A stretch of DNA of 62,362 bases, the filler included, from Choristocarpus tenellus KU-1152 (taxonomy: Eukaryota > Protista > Phaeophyceae): assembly GCA_964200185.2 (NCBI GenBank). It is 13 parts of 13 records of this genome, joined end to end, with 100 filler letters (N's around TTAATTAATTAA, not from the genome) between each part and the next. Parts side by side here need not be neighbours in the genome. Positions count along the whole stretch, not along the records: positions 50,708 to 56,174 come from CAXNAD020010693.1; positions 56,275 to 59,693 come from CAXNAD020020163.1; positions 59,794 to 62,362 come from CAXNAD020026694.1; 10 more parts are not named here. One strand, given 5' to 3'. Shown in pieces: positions 50,771 to 62,362 of this stretch. Each line of letters begins with the position of its first letter. Within the stretch, counting starts at the first letter, position 1. Below the pieces are notes generated by a model, which saw nothing but the letters and a program-made list of their open reading frames with translations, had not been told where the DNA came from and did no database searches. The position numbers were made by a program, and so were the translations under genes.

Positions 50771-53700
50771 AAGTACTCTAAACACTACCGGTTTAGTGAG
50801 GGTGACATATTGCCACGCTCCCTAAAAAATACCAAGAGTGTATTGTTTTTATGCGTTAAATCAGCAACGGTGACCATGAGTGCACTAACAAAAAAAAGTT
50901 GCTGAAGTAATGGAGGGATGAAGTCGTATTGTAGACATAGGTGTCAGTACGTTGTAGAAGTGGTTTTCGCCTATCAGATTTATCACCTACTATATGGAAG
51001 GCCTCTCCGTTTCGACCCGTCCTAGGGTTGTGCTTGAAGAATTGCTGGTGTCGACATGTTCAATAGGGCCTATTATTCTTAACGAGGTACCTGATAATTG
51101 ACTGCCCCCCACTCTGATTCGTCCTGTGGGAGGATATCATCTTAGCAAGTATACACATCATCGCAGTTGGTAGTGTAATTTACATACAAATGTACACATA
51201 TCATCACTATTGTTCTGAAGGGTGGTAATACCATACATAGCATTCTTCGAAGTTGCTTTCATTAAGCCCATTTCATATTTTGTTGGAGATTGATATTAGT
51301 AGTGTCATGGGGGGGACGGGACAACGAGCAACATACATCCAGGTAGAGAATACAACAAACAACCTTTTTTTAATTAGCAGGAAGGGGAGGGGTGTGTGAA
51401 GGTATGCAAGCAAAATAGCAAAATAGTAATGTGTTCATTTTTGTACAAGATATGTGTCAACTTCATGGTCCATGATGGTAATCTGGACACACCAGTGAGG
51501 GAGGGTCAATCAACTCTTAGGACTCTTCCGTTCCTTGCTTCTAGACCACCTCCTTCGTAGTGTGCTACTCTGGGTGGAGTAGTTTCAGCTACCTTTGTCA
51601 TCATATATTATACAAGTATTGTAGTATTGATATTTATTTAATCAAAATACATCATTGATAATACTTAGTAATAAGATTTATGATGATGATGTGTGTTTCT
51701 ATGTTGTTTTCCCACAAAATGTAATTATTATTATAGTATTATTGTATACTACTATTATAACTTACTACATAGTAAGTTGGCAATTAGTTCCTATTATATT
51801 ATTTATTAGTAGTGTTGGAGTTGGTTTCTTATTTTTTATTTTTAAGTACTACGGAGTACTAGATCTTACAAGAACTCCCACTGGTACTGGTGTTACCTCT
51901 GGTGCGGGTGCTGCTCCTGCTGCTCCTGCTGCTTTTGGTATATTGAAAAGTTTACTATATATTCTAAGCAATTATTGACTCAGTTGACCAAGACAACAGT
52001 AAGCTTGATATCCCACTGATGATTCAGTTTCATATCTACTGTGCATACTGGCATGAAATGCATAGTATTTAATAGTATGTAAAACATATATAATGTGTAT
52101 GTCTCTCTGTCTCTCTGTTATCGTCTCAGTCATCCAGCTTGTTTCTACCACTATATGGTGATTAAGCATCATGTATATGCTTGAGTTCGGAATGTTTCTG
52201 CACTGAAAGGTGATGGACGCTATGATGTGGGATGCATCCTTTCTATTGGACCCTGTACCTGGGGAACATGGTGAATTGCGTTTTGAAGATGAGGTCTGCT
52301 GCATATTTTCTAGAGAAGTTATTTTCATCTCTAATATAACCGCCTAAGTACCTTTTTTGAACGCTGGTCATATTTGCCCTTCACATCCCTCGAGTCTTTT
52401 TTTCTTTTATTCTCTCACTCTTTTTCTTTTCCTTTCTTTTTTCCTTTCATGTGTGATGTACTCCTTGTCCGTATAATTCTTGTTGTGCAACCTTTCTGAC
52501 CACAGGTTCGTTAAGATTGGAGTATGCAAACATGATAGCATAATTAATACAAAGTACTAATTATAATACCACTACTACTATGTGATAATGTACTGATTAC
52601 TAGGAATCAGTGTTTTAAAAGGGTTTCAGTTGGTAGAGGGTGCAACATGGTCAAGGAAAAAACTTTGACGACATGACATAATGAGTATGTGTAGTGGTCA
52701 GCATGTGTTCACCTTACAGGTTAAATGTCACTTTAAGAGTGTGCAACTGCTGCACACAAAAAGAACACTTCTCAAGAGCTATTTCACCCTGCTGTAAAAC
52801 AGTAACACAATATCATTATTTCATATGAACACACAGGATGTAAGACAGAGACTAGAGATATGAGAGTGAAGTTCAGGTAAAGTAGTGTAGAGCTGGGAAG
52901 TGGTGGTGGAAGATGGAGCAAATAGATCTCATTGGAGTCTTTGAATACAGTTGGCACGGGACGTGCATGATATTGAGAGCCTGTACTTGTAACCCTGACA
53001 TATTCACAAGGAATGATTTGGTGAGAAGATGCACAATGCGGAAAAGAGCTGGTAATGACAATGGTTTAGGGCTGGTCTGTTAAACTGTAAGTACATGAGT
53101 GGCGTTTGGCGTCTTGTTCAGCGCACTCCCAGAATATGAAGTAGAAGTAAAATAGCGATTTAAGCAACAATAATAGTAAAAACAGTGATATAAATAAAAA
53201 TAAAATACCTCGAAGTGACAATCCTTTGTCAGGAATGGTTCGCAAGGGTGCTTGCCATCCTTTTTGGGTGCTATGAAACCAAGCCCACCTGAGAACAAGC
53301 CCTCACTCTACAAACTCTGTTTTGATCTTTCGAAACTCTTATTATTGCCACGAAAAAAGACTCTCCCCTCCCAAAGGCACATCTGAGCCCGCCATGTATC
53401 CACCTTGCCCAAAACCTCATGACCCATCTCCTGAGATCTTTCTTTTTCCTTTTTCAATCTGTTCAGTCATGGCATCAAACAACTCCAAACCCAACTTCAA
53501 CAAGCATGTCTCACACTTAGTGAGGCAGCATTTGTCCAGATATATCCCATAGCACTCACCCACCCTGGCAGCAACCATCCCAATGAGCCCCATATCAAAA
53601 TATCCTCGTATCAAAATATCAAAATATTCTGAAACGAAAAGAGGAGAGAGAGAGAATGCTACGACACCAGGGTACTCAACTCAGTGTCAACACCACTATA

Positions 53701-55740
53701 GGTTTCCAGGACCTCACTCCCAGTATGTCAATCGACCAAATGCATGGCTTGGCATGTTCATGCAGAATTTGGCATTATTGCACACTAAGAAGAATCCTAA
53801 CAATGTGAAGAAATCCCAACTCCCCAGACCAACTGTGGCCCAATTAACAGCTTGAACCCCAGGCAACACCTCCTTCACACACTCACTTGGTCCTCATGAC
53901 CCCTTTGGGTCTATTCTTCTGTGAAGATGTACCAAAATGGAAACTCCCAGTTGACGCTTGTAAGGATGCACCTCCTAGGCAATACCTCCAGTTCCCCAGC
54001 TGATCCTCGTTTGATCCTTGGAGCCCTTATTCAACTCTTCTTCTGAGAAGAAATTCCTAAGGGAAGATCCTAATGGTAGAAACTTGTGGTAGCCTTTTAG
54101 CTCAATGATGAGGAAAATTGACTCGTATTACACTTCAAACAAATGTGTTTTTGTGAACCACTGGTGTAAGCGGAGGCAAATCGTCCAATACAAAAAAATG
54201 ATAAAAATCAAAGTAAGAGTACATCGAAAAAATGAGCCGAAACAGAGTCATTTTTGAATGTATAGAAATGTCTGATCAGTGTCTCACCACAGTTGGTGTA
54301 GAGATACTGGCATACCAAATGGCAATAAAAGTGTTTGTTAACAACGGCACTCCAGAAGAGTCTAAGTTACTTTTTCTAGAGAAGTAATTTATTGCTCAGT
54401 TCAGGCCTTTTGGACTCCTATCATTTCATGTGTTCCGTTTTGGTCTAAATATACATTTCACTGTCGTTAGGAACAGTCCAAGAAATTGTCTCCTGTTCGT
54501 TTGATCCCTTTGTCCTTTCGATTCATTCTGTCCTTTTGAGTTCCTTCTGCCTCTGTAAATCGGGCTATAAGATGAAGATTGTTTGGGTCTCTTTTGCTAG
54601 GAAGTCCAAGCAAAGCTGAACAGCTGTAGGGTCAAAGCTTCCACGTCAAGACTCTTCACCACCCAAAATTCAACTCTATGACATGTATAGTGTTCTGAGC
54701 CAATTCTGATGTTGTTCAACATCAAAGCAAATCCAGGGAAAGTCACCAGTAAGAGCAATGTTCACTGTGGTGACTACAAGCAAGCTGCTTTACCTTGTAA
54801 GACCTGTGCCTGAGACACTCAATAGTTTTCAGGTTGCACCTTGTGTTTGGTGAATTGATTTTTCCAACAGTGTTCACTGTGCATTTTGCTTGCTTCAGCC
54901 TGCCATGCCACCATCCCCTCAAAAAATCAGCCCGTTCCAGATGTAACCACCTCAACAAACACTGCAATAGTTCCCTATTCACCACATCTAATGTAGGTCA
55001 TCAACTATCCTGACAAAGCTGATAAAGTTAATTTTATTCTGGAAACTCCACTGACCACTTCTTTGTTATTGCTTGGCATCACAGCAATGACTCGCCATAT
55101 TCAAGAAGTGTCTCTTTGGACTATTGTAATACCACTATCTACCATCAATGCTGCAATGGTGTCACCATTGTCATCTGTGGTCTCCTACCTACTGAGTCAC
55201 CACAAACTCTGCAGAGGAGGCATGAGTGTCAAAACAGCGATCATTCCTCAGTTCAGATATGACAGAACCAATGATGGAACTGATTAACAATGGTCAACAT
55301 GAGAATTTATAAGCGTAAACTATAACCTCTACCGTGAGCATGGTTGTTCTTTTTTGAAGTGCCGAAGAAATGGTGCATTCCACCTGACCTTTATCAGTGC
55401 CAAGGCAGCCCATGATCAATTCCTTTTTGTACTTGACAGTATTTACTGATTATCTACAAAGATCATGAGAACAAAATAAAACCATAAATACAAAAAAACA
55501 AGCTGTTTAGCATGCTTAATCTCTCCTCCAATATGTGGAAACAATTCATCATGGTGCCTTCACTGTCAACACAGAAAATATCAAATAAAGGGCAATAGTA
55601 AAAACCATCATGTCAGTGACTTGTAACTATAGCAATTGTCTTCTGTGTCTTAACAAAATAATCATCATAATAAAGCATTGTATCTCTATCAATATTGGCA
55701 ACAGCACATCAATTGTCACTCTCTCCACTACATACAAGCT

Positions 55741-56174
55741 TCAGGGAGGGGATTTCTCTGTGACGTAAAAAACTTTGATGTCATTGAGAATGGCTGAGAC
55801 TGAAGACAAATCAAAGCAAGAGTTGTCAGCCACAAGGCAAGAAGCACCACCTGCAGCAAGTCCAGCACAAAATGCATCTACTGGCGACACACCAACAGCC
55901 CAACAAATGAGGGTCATGGCAGTGGTGGCATCACCTGCTCCGATAGGATTGACAATAGTTTCCAGTATTGGGAGCTTGTATCGCCAATAGGTTACTGCAG
56001 CCTCTACCTGGCCTTTTGCCCTCTCACACACACGCAGCAGCTTGCAGGAATATAACAAGGCATCACCCGGACCATTGGTGATGGCAATCCAGCCTAGATT
56101 ATGGTTACTACATGCAAGTGTGGTAGCTGCTACCTTGACCAAGGCACCGTCACACACACGATCCCCCACAGTGG
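55741..56174 (-). CDS. PfkB/ribokinase-family carbohydrate kinase, C-terminal exon (5' truncated by contig end)
   Basis: WIAITNGPGDA and IVNPIGAGDATTA (anion-hole GAGD), then AFCAGLAAGGASCL; stop at 55741. Confidence 0.8.
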
Positions 56175-56274
56175 NNNNNNNNNNNNNNNNNNNNNNNNNN
56201 NNNNNNNNNNNNNNNNNNTTAATTAATTAANNNNNNNNNNNNNNNNNNNNNNNNNNNNNNNNNNNNNNNNNNNN

Positions 56275-56473
56275 GATTTTGATGTAATTTTGGCTATCGT
56301 GTTAGTTAGGAAGTGTCAGTATCCTTGTTCCGGACAGACCTTTTCATAACATAGACATTTGACCTATTCCAAAACATTTTGGAGTAGGAAAATGTAATAA
56401 AAAACCCCATGGGAAGCCAAGCCTCAAATGGACAAACAGGGAAAAACTCGTACCCTCTAAGATACTTTCACTC
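56275..56473. mobile_element. MITE family B, partial
   Basis: Hairpin variant plus TIR TACCCTCTAAGATACTTTCACTC. Confidence 0.88.
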
Positions 56474-56869
56474 TAAGGGCAACTTAGAAATCTTGTCAGG
56501 GGCAGGGAAGACTGAGAGGTGGTCGATTAGGCCTGTGACGCAGCCATCTAACTCCCCCAACCTCAATATCATGGGCCTGTGCTTCTTCACGTCTTTGAAG
56601 TGCTGGGTGATGGGGGAGCGGTTTGGGTCCGTCGAGGAGGTGGTGAAGGTCATCGAGAAACAAACAGTATGAGGAGCAGTATGATGAAAACCACAATTGA
56701 GAGGGCTTGGCAGCTCCTTCTTGTGTTGTACAACCAAGTACTTAGATACAAAGGGGGGAATAACTTCAGTGTGGAGCACACAGGTGTAAGGAAAAGGGAA
56801 TTGTCTGGCGACCTTGAAAACACGCCAAAGGTAGACATGGAGGATTTTTCTATGGCTCATAAATTGTGA
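56474..56869 (+). pseudogene. Tc1/mariner-superfamily transposase, C-terminal fragment
   Basis: TQPSNSPNLNIMGLCFFTSLK (decayed QPxNSPDLNxxD), then after a frameshift TTIERAWQLL...QVLRYKGGNNFSVEHTG. Confidence 0.75.
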
Positions 56870-57271
56870 TAGATGGGGAGTAATAATAATATAAAGAGCT
56901 GACCCTAACCAGAAATTCGTCAAGGATTCCAAATCTTCTTGCAGAAATGAATTTCATCAACATCTTCAAAGTTATGGACAACACAAAACAGACTTATGGC
57001 ACGGAGGTAGTATATTGGGGGGAGGAAATCCCGCAAGAAGAGCTACAAGTTGGGACACTTTTTTCGCCCCCACATCAATGGTGGAGCTACTCCTTTTGCC
57101 CATGACATCCTGATAGTGACCATCATGAACGCTCAAACATCAGTTCTATGTTGCTTTCAACTCCCTTTATTGTACAGCACAGAAGATCTTGCCACTGAGC
57201 CTGGTATCCGTTTCGTTGGCACAAAGAATTACAACTATTAATAAATCTCAATACGAAAAACAACCCTCAAT

Positions 57272-57525
57272 GAGTCAAACCGACTGCGAGGTAGGCAGGG
57301 TTGCATTTGAATGATCCCGAAAACCCCCCAAAAGGTTCCATTTTGTACAATTGCAGAAAGAGCCTTTGCTGAATTGTGATGTCACTTTCACTGCGGAAAG
57401 GGGGAATATCACTTTTGTGTACACTATTGTGCACATAAAGAAGTGTAATAGGGACAGGGTAAGAAAGATGACTTAGAAGGAAAAATGGTCCAAACCTGTC
57501 TATCTCTTCTCGATTGGTTTGTCTC
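57272..57525. mobile_element. MITE family D
   Basis: GAGTCAAACCGACTGCGAGGTAGG ... CGATTGGTTTGTCTC; 3-bp TSD AAT. Confidence 0.8.
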
Positions 57526-57930
57526 AATATTCAAATACAACTTGTTCTTCAGGACTGGAAAATTGAATAACTTGATCAAAATCCAAATAGGCAAATGTGC
57601 CAGGTGCACAATATTGAGAACTTTCAAAAGGTATTCACAATAACCGACTGCTAAATCACAATACTGTGCACATTGGAAGAGTGTCTGGCGTCATTGATGT
57701 CAAACCTGTACAACTGTAATCCATGACACATAGATGACACTTTTGGCTGCGCATTGGACTTATCAACCTCTAGCTATAAAAAACAATCGTAACTAATGTA
57801 GTGCAATAAGCAGCTCTACACAAAAGTGCCGCATAACCGACCAGTATTATTTCATTTTCCATGCATGATGACAAAACCAGCCAGAACATAGAGAGTAAAA
57901 AAAGAGTCGCAAGTATATTCTGTTTGTAGT

Positions 57931-58190
57931 GAGTCAGTGTAAGCGAGAGGTACCCAGGTCTTGGCCGTTTTACATTATAAGACAGTTTTCAATCTTATGC
58001 AATTCATACATATTTCTATGGATGAAGTGCTAAGGTTGACTTAAGAGTATTGATTTCTGTATTATTTGAGACATTTCGACAGAATTCAAAAAATATCCTA
58101 CATCCATTGGAAAAAAAGCCAAATTTTGGGCATATTGTCACCATCCTTAGAACGCAACCCCATCTGGGTTCCTCTCGCTTGCTTTGACTC
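57931..58190. mobile_element. MITE family C
   Basis: GAGTCAGTGTAAGCGAGAGGTAC ... CCTCTCGCTTGCTTTGACTC; TSD AGT. Confidence 0.82.
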
Positions 58191-60398
58191 AGTAGTATTA
58201 TGTATGTGGTAGTGTACAGCTTATAGCGTCCTCTTAGTTCAACGAGGTAGGAAATCACACAAAACATAGACACTACAAAACAAATCAAGGCAGTAGGAGA
58301 CAAACCATCGCACTCTTGTTGTTCCATGGGAGCCCTGTAGTTCATCCAAGGGGGGGCAACATTGTACAACGTCCAGCACTCACATATTGACATTACTATA
58401 CCTACAGAAATCTTACCCTTACATGGGTTAACACTCAGAGTACAAACTGTGTGAGAGAGTTGATTAAAGGAACATGTGACATTTCACATCACCCTTACTG
58501 CTTTGACGCACTATAAATGTACAGTACAAACTAGGCTACTATTTACCCTCAAAATAGAAAAAATAGAAAAATGTAATACTTGTCCAAAATCTGCCAACAA
58601 GAACAAACACACAAAATATTGGTCGCTTGCCGACATGTCCATGCAAGAAACATCAATTCAGAGTGACATCAATCTCCGCATTCAACCCTTGCAAGACAAC
58701 AGGTTCAACATTCGACAACGAGGTGTTTCAAACTCTGAAAAAAATACAGTTAACTCTGATCTATGCACTCCCCTCCAAGGGAGAAAAATATACCCTGCAA
58801 TGAACACCACTAGAGATAGTTCTGATCGATCTTGAAGTGTGTCAGACAGAGTGTGTCTCGGCTTGACAGAGGGGTGGTTAAAAAAGACCATTCCAGAATG
58901 GATTTTTAAAAAGACGACAAACTCTAAATGTTCAAACAAGATAACCCATCGACCAATTTCAAATGTAACAATGTATGCCCACAATAACCCCTGAATTCCA
59001 GGTTGATCCACATGATCGCCAAACTCCATTTGTTAGAGATGAAGCACTAACATTTTAGGCTACTTGTGCCCCAACTCCTGCTTGAATTTGTACATCTTCC
59101 GTGCTATATCCTGCATTCATAGTGGGGTATGGGGCAGCGGCACAGGGGAATGCTAAGAAGAGACACCAGTGTTAGGAATGACTGATGATACAATATGAAA
59201 AATGCACTGCAGTTGATATGGAATGAATACGGTACATTCCAAACATATATTCTGTGTCTTGAGTCGTGTTATCATTAAGGAGGTAGGGAAGATGGTGTGG
59301 AAAATGCCTCCTACAAGTCAATATGAGGAGAAGGTTATTTGGTTGGTGCCAATGTCCTTCTTGTCAAGAAATATTTACTGCACACCTCCGACCATCCTAT
59401 ATGCACAAAAAAATACTGTGAAGGAAATAACAAAATTCAAAGGCATGCACGGATGCACTTGTGGACAAGTGGGAAGCTTGAAGCAACCCTGGAACGGCAA
59501 CAGCTTTTATTTCACTCGACACTCAATTCACAAACTCACAAATTTTCTGGTATCAAAACGATTGCCATGGGAATTGCATTGTGGTAACACAGAGGGATTT
59601 CGTCTCTTGCCAATAGTTAATGTTCCACTACGGTTTTGGAGAACTAACACTTAACCAACAGTTGTTGTCCTCCAAGGCACCTTGTACATATTANNNNNNN
59701 NNNNNNNNNNNNNNNNNNNNNNNNNNNNNNNNNNNNNTTAATTAATTAANNNNNNNNNNNNNNNNNNNNNNNNNNNNNNNNNNNNNNNNNNNNAATGGCC
59801 CCCCTGCTGTAGACCCCCCCCCCCCTCCCAGATACTTTGGGTCTGCCCCGACCCGCCGCTTTGTTCCCCACCGATCCAGACCCTTCACTGCCCTCCTGTG
59901 CCATGGGGCAATTGATACATAATCGATCCTTGTGCCTCTGGTCGCCTACAATCTAAACGTAGGCACATTCGCCCATATACGTGATGGAGCAGTTCGGGCA
60001 TGAATACCTGTCGCGCGTGTCATCAAATTAGAGCGTTAAACAGACAGGACAGTATTTTTCCAGACATTAATTGGGCGCAACAACGCAACGCGGGGATCCA
60101 CGGTTACGAAGGACCGCGAAATTCGCGGCGCAAAACAGCACGAAGTAGTACAGGTGAGATACAACAGTCGGTGATGTACATGCATTAACATACAATCGGA
60201 CTGTGGCAAATAAAGAGACTTGGGGGTACACACCGCAGCGCCACACACAGAGGGACCCCGCAAAATACCATCGGTTCAATGGCGTGCCCCGCTGAAAAGA
60301 TACAACGTATCTATCCGTTCGGGGGATTGGATGGAAACCAATCTTACGCCATTAATTATGCTCCATCCTCGTGTGCACCGTTACAACTACATTACTCA

Positions 60399-61000
60399 CC
60401 GAGACGTAGGTGGAGGATTGCATTCAGTACAGCAAACGCCCGCATTCCATCCTCCATGGCTGTTTTGTTCTTTTTCCGCACCAGGAACACTGCCGGCAGA
60501 ACCATCTCGCCAGTATCCTCCATGTCTGGCAGTCCGTTCCCTCCCTCGTCTTTGTCCCTTCCTTTGTGTTCGTCCCCTCCCTCGTCTCCATCCCCTCGTT
60601 GGTGTTCGTGCCCTCCCTCGTCTTCTTTCTCGCGGCCATCTGATGCCGATCCGTTGTTGCTCTCATCTTCTGCACCGCCATCATCACAGCCCCGCCCGCT
60701 GTGAACCTGGCGGAGGTTGACCCGGTTGAGTACATCCTGGTATTTCCCATCCCAGGTGGTGAAGTAAGCCTGTAGAGTCGAGTCCTTCTCGAGACTCTGG
60801 TGGTGGACACGGCAGAGGACGTTGTTGAGGAGAGGAGGGGACGATGGTGACGTCAAAATGTGATAGTGTAATGGAAGTACGATAGCATGTCCATCGAACA
60901 GAGCAAATGATACGGTTGACGTGGTGAACGTGTTTAATGGAGGCGACTTGCGGGGCGAAATTGTTTGAAAGAAGTCCATGTTGAGGACGCCAGTCTGCAT
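60399..61000 (-). CDS. Unknown ORF or exon with an acidic Gly/Asp/Glu repeat, probably TE-associated
   Basis: Open frame of about 200 codons ending at a G|GTGAG donor; about 30-bp repeat encoding DEGGHEH/DEGGDEH; no recognisable domain. Confidence 0.4.
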
Positions 61001-61112
61001 GTAGGTTTTTTCAGTAACGCATGTTGGAGACAGAAACGAGGTGGAGATTGACCAAGATCGTTGTGTACAGTTGAAGGAAACGATTGGCTATTCCCGCTAT
61101 TAGCAATGAAGG

Positions 61113-61725
61113 ACTTCCAAAAAATGTAACGCACGGATTTTCAGGATCATGGATCTCAGGGTGGTCCCACAGATCACCCGAGGCTCAAACAAAGTTGGTT
61201 TCGGAACATTGGAAATGTATAATATTAATTATGTGATTGGTATCTTAAAAAAATACAAATCACTGATATAATTGGATTTTAAAAAAATAGATATCACGGA
61301 TAGAATCTGATTTACAACTTCCGAAAAATGTAACGCACGGAATTTCAGGATCATGGATGTCAGGGTGGTCCCACGGATAGCCCAGTGCTCAATATAATTG
61401 AATTTTTTAAAAATGGATATCACGGATATAATCTGATTTACAACTTCCGAAAAATGTAACACACGGATTTTCAGGATCATGGATCTCAGGGTGGTCCCAC
61501 CGATCGCTCGAGGCTCAAAGTTGGTTTCGGAACATTGGAAATGTACAATATCAATTAATTATGTGATTTGTATCTTAAAAGATAAAAATCACGTGTATAA
61601 GTGGATTTAAAAAAAATAAAAATCACGGATATAATCTGATATGCAACTTCCGAAAAATGTAACGCACGGATTTTCAGGATCATGGATCTCAGGGTTGTCC
61701 CACCGATCGCCCGAGGCTCAAAGTT
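61113..61725. repeat. Tandem array of 204/126/203-bp units plus a partial unit
   Basis: ACTTCC(G/A)AAAAATGTAACGCACGGATTTTCAGGATCATGGATCTCAGGGTGGTCCCAC-like block at 61113, 61317, 61443 and 61646. Confidence 0.92.
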
Positions 61726-61878
61726 CATACGCTCGTCTTCAAATCTATTAACTCCTAGACCTTCTCACTGCCCAAGAGCGCCTGTTGCTCGAAAGCACCA
61801 TGCTAGTTGCTTCCACAGCAAAGGGGTGGCTTTCGTCGCCTACGTCTCCCCCCGTGTTGCCCCCTCACCAGCCCGCCA

Positions 61879-62280
61879 ACAATGATGCGCTGGAGCTTCA
61901 TACCAATGACGCTTCAGCGATCGGCGCCAAGCTTAGCTGAGGGTGGGATGAACCCATCCCAGTCAACGAACAGGATGACTGCTGCAAGAGCTTAGCCTGT
62001 GTGAAGAAGTTCGTGGCAGATGGCGAGTCCTTCCTTGCACGCACCTTGGCCAAAGAGCAGGACATCATCCGGGCGTGTGACAACCACCACAATCGCAAGC
62101 ACTTCGTTGGCGACCGTGTACCTATGATTATGTTGGGACCTGGATGTGGATCTATGCTCGTGGCCGGCATTCCCGTCTGTACGAAGTTTTTCAAGGCATC
62201 GTTCGGGAAATCCAATCATGTCATCAACGCTTGCAAAGGCACACCTAACGCAAGAGCATCCACCGGCGTGGAGAGGTGGG
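61879..62280 (+). pseudogene. Probable N-terminal exon of a Sola-like DNA transposase (one in-frame TGA)
   Basis: DDCCKSLACVKKF and LVAGIPVCTKFFKASFGKSNHVINACK resemble the CCx4C and VCxxFFxxxxGxS motifs found upstream of Sola catalytic domains; no catalytic region in window. Confidence 0.45.
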
Positions 62281-62362
62281 TTTGAAGTATGTACACAGTT
62301 ATACTCACCAAGTTCACTTTGCAGTTACCATGCCTAGATGTCTGATATTCAAAGCTAGAGAT

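Noticed and set aside
50950-54110. Decayed minus-strand frames reminiscent of a CACTA-type transposase (e.g. GYHKFLPLGSSLR near 54070)
   Set aside because: Motifs too degraded to support a call by eye
57060-59690. Scattered exon-like minus-strand segments with in-frame stops
   Set aside because: No consistent phase chain or recognisable domain
61716-61725. GGCTCAAAGT in the tandem array equals the family A terminus
   Set aside because: Only 10 bp and lacks the downstream GAGG box; plausible by chance

Overview
Eukaryotic, intron-rich, TE-littered DNA. It is not one locus: 13 short contigs are joined by 12 artificial 100-bp linkers (N44-TTAATTAATTAA-N44), so adjacency across linkers means nothing. 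Gene content and GT-AG intron style suggest a photosynthetic stramenopile, possibly brown-algal (inference). Partial host genes reconstructed from splice phases: the N-terminus of a UBE3C/UPL6-type HECT E3 ligase (IQ motif), an OTU deubiquitinase, an ABC1K9-like ABC1 kinase, the C-terminus of a gamma-tubulin complex component and the last exon of a PfkB-family kinase. The rest is mostly decayed mobile DNA: a Ty1/copia remnant with LTR, RLE (CRE-like) non-LTR copies, a mariner-type fragment, two Sola-type transposase relics, solo LTRs and minisatellites. The main unexplained structure is a set of about 30 MITE copies in four families (about 180 bp and about 250 bp). They share a bipartite terminal repeat (CAAA at positions 6-9 counting the first G as 1 for the AAA run, GAGG at 17-20), show both 3-bp and 4-bp target duplications, and nest in each other. 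Removing one nested insertion restores a ParB/DGQHR-like CLNGQHR motif in an orphan pseudogene. No CRISPR array, tRNA or rRNA gene was seen.
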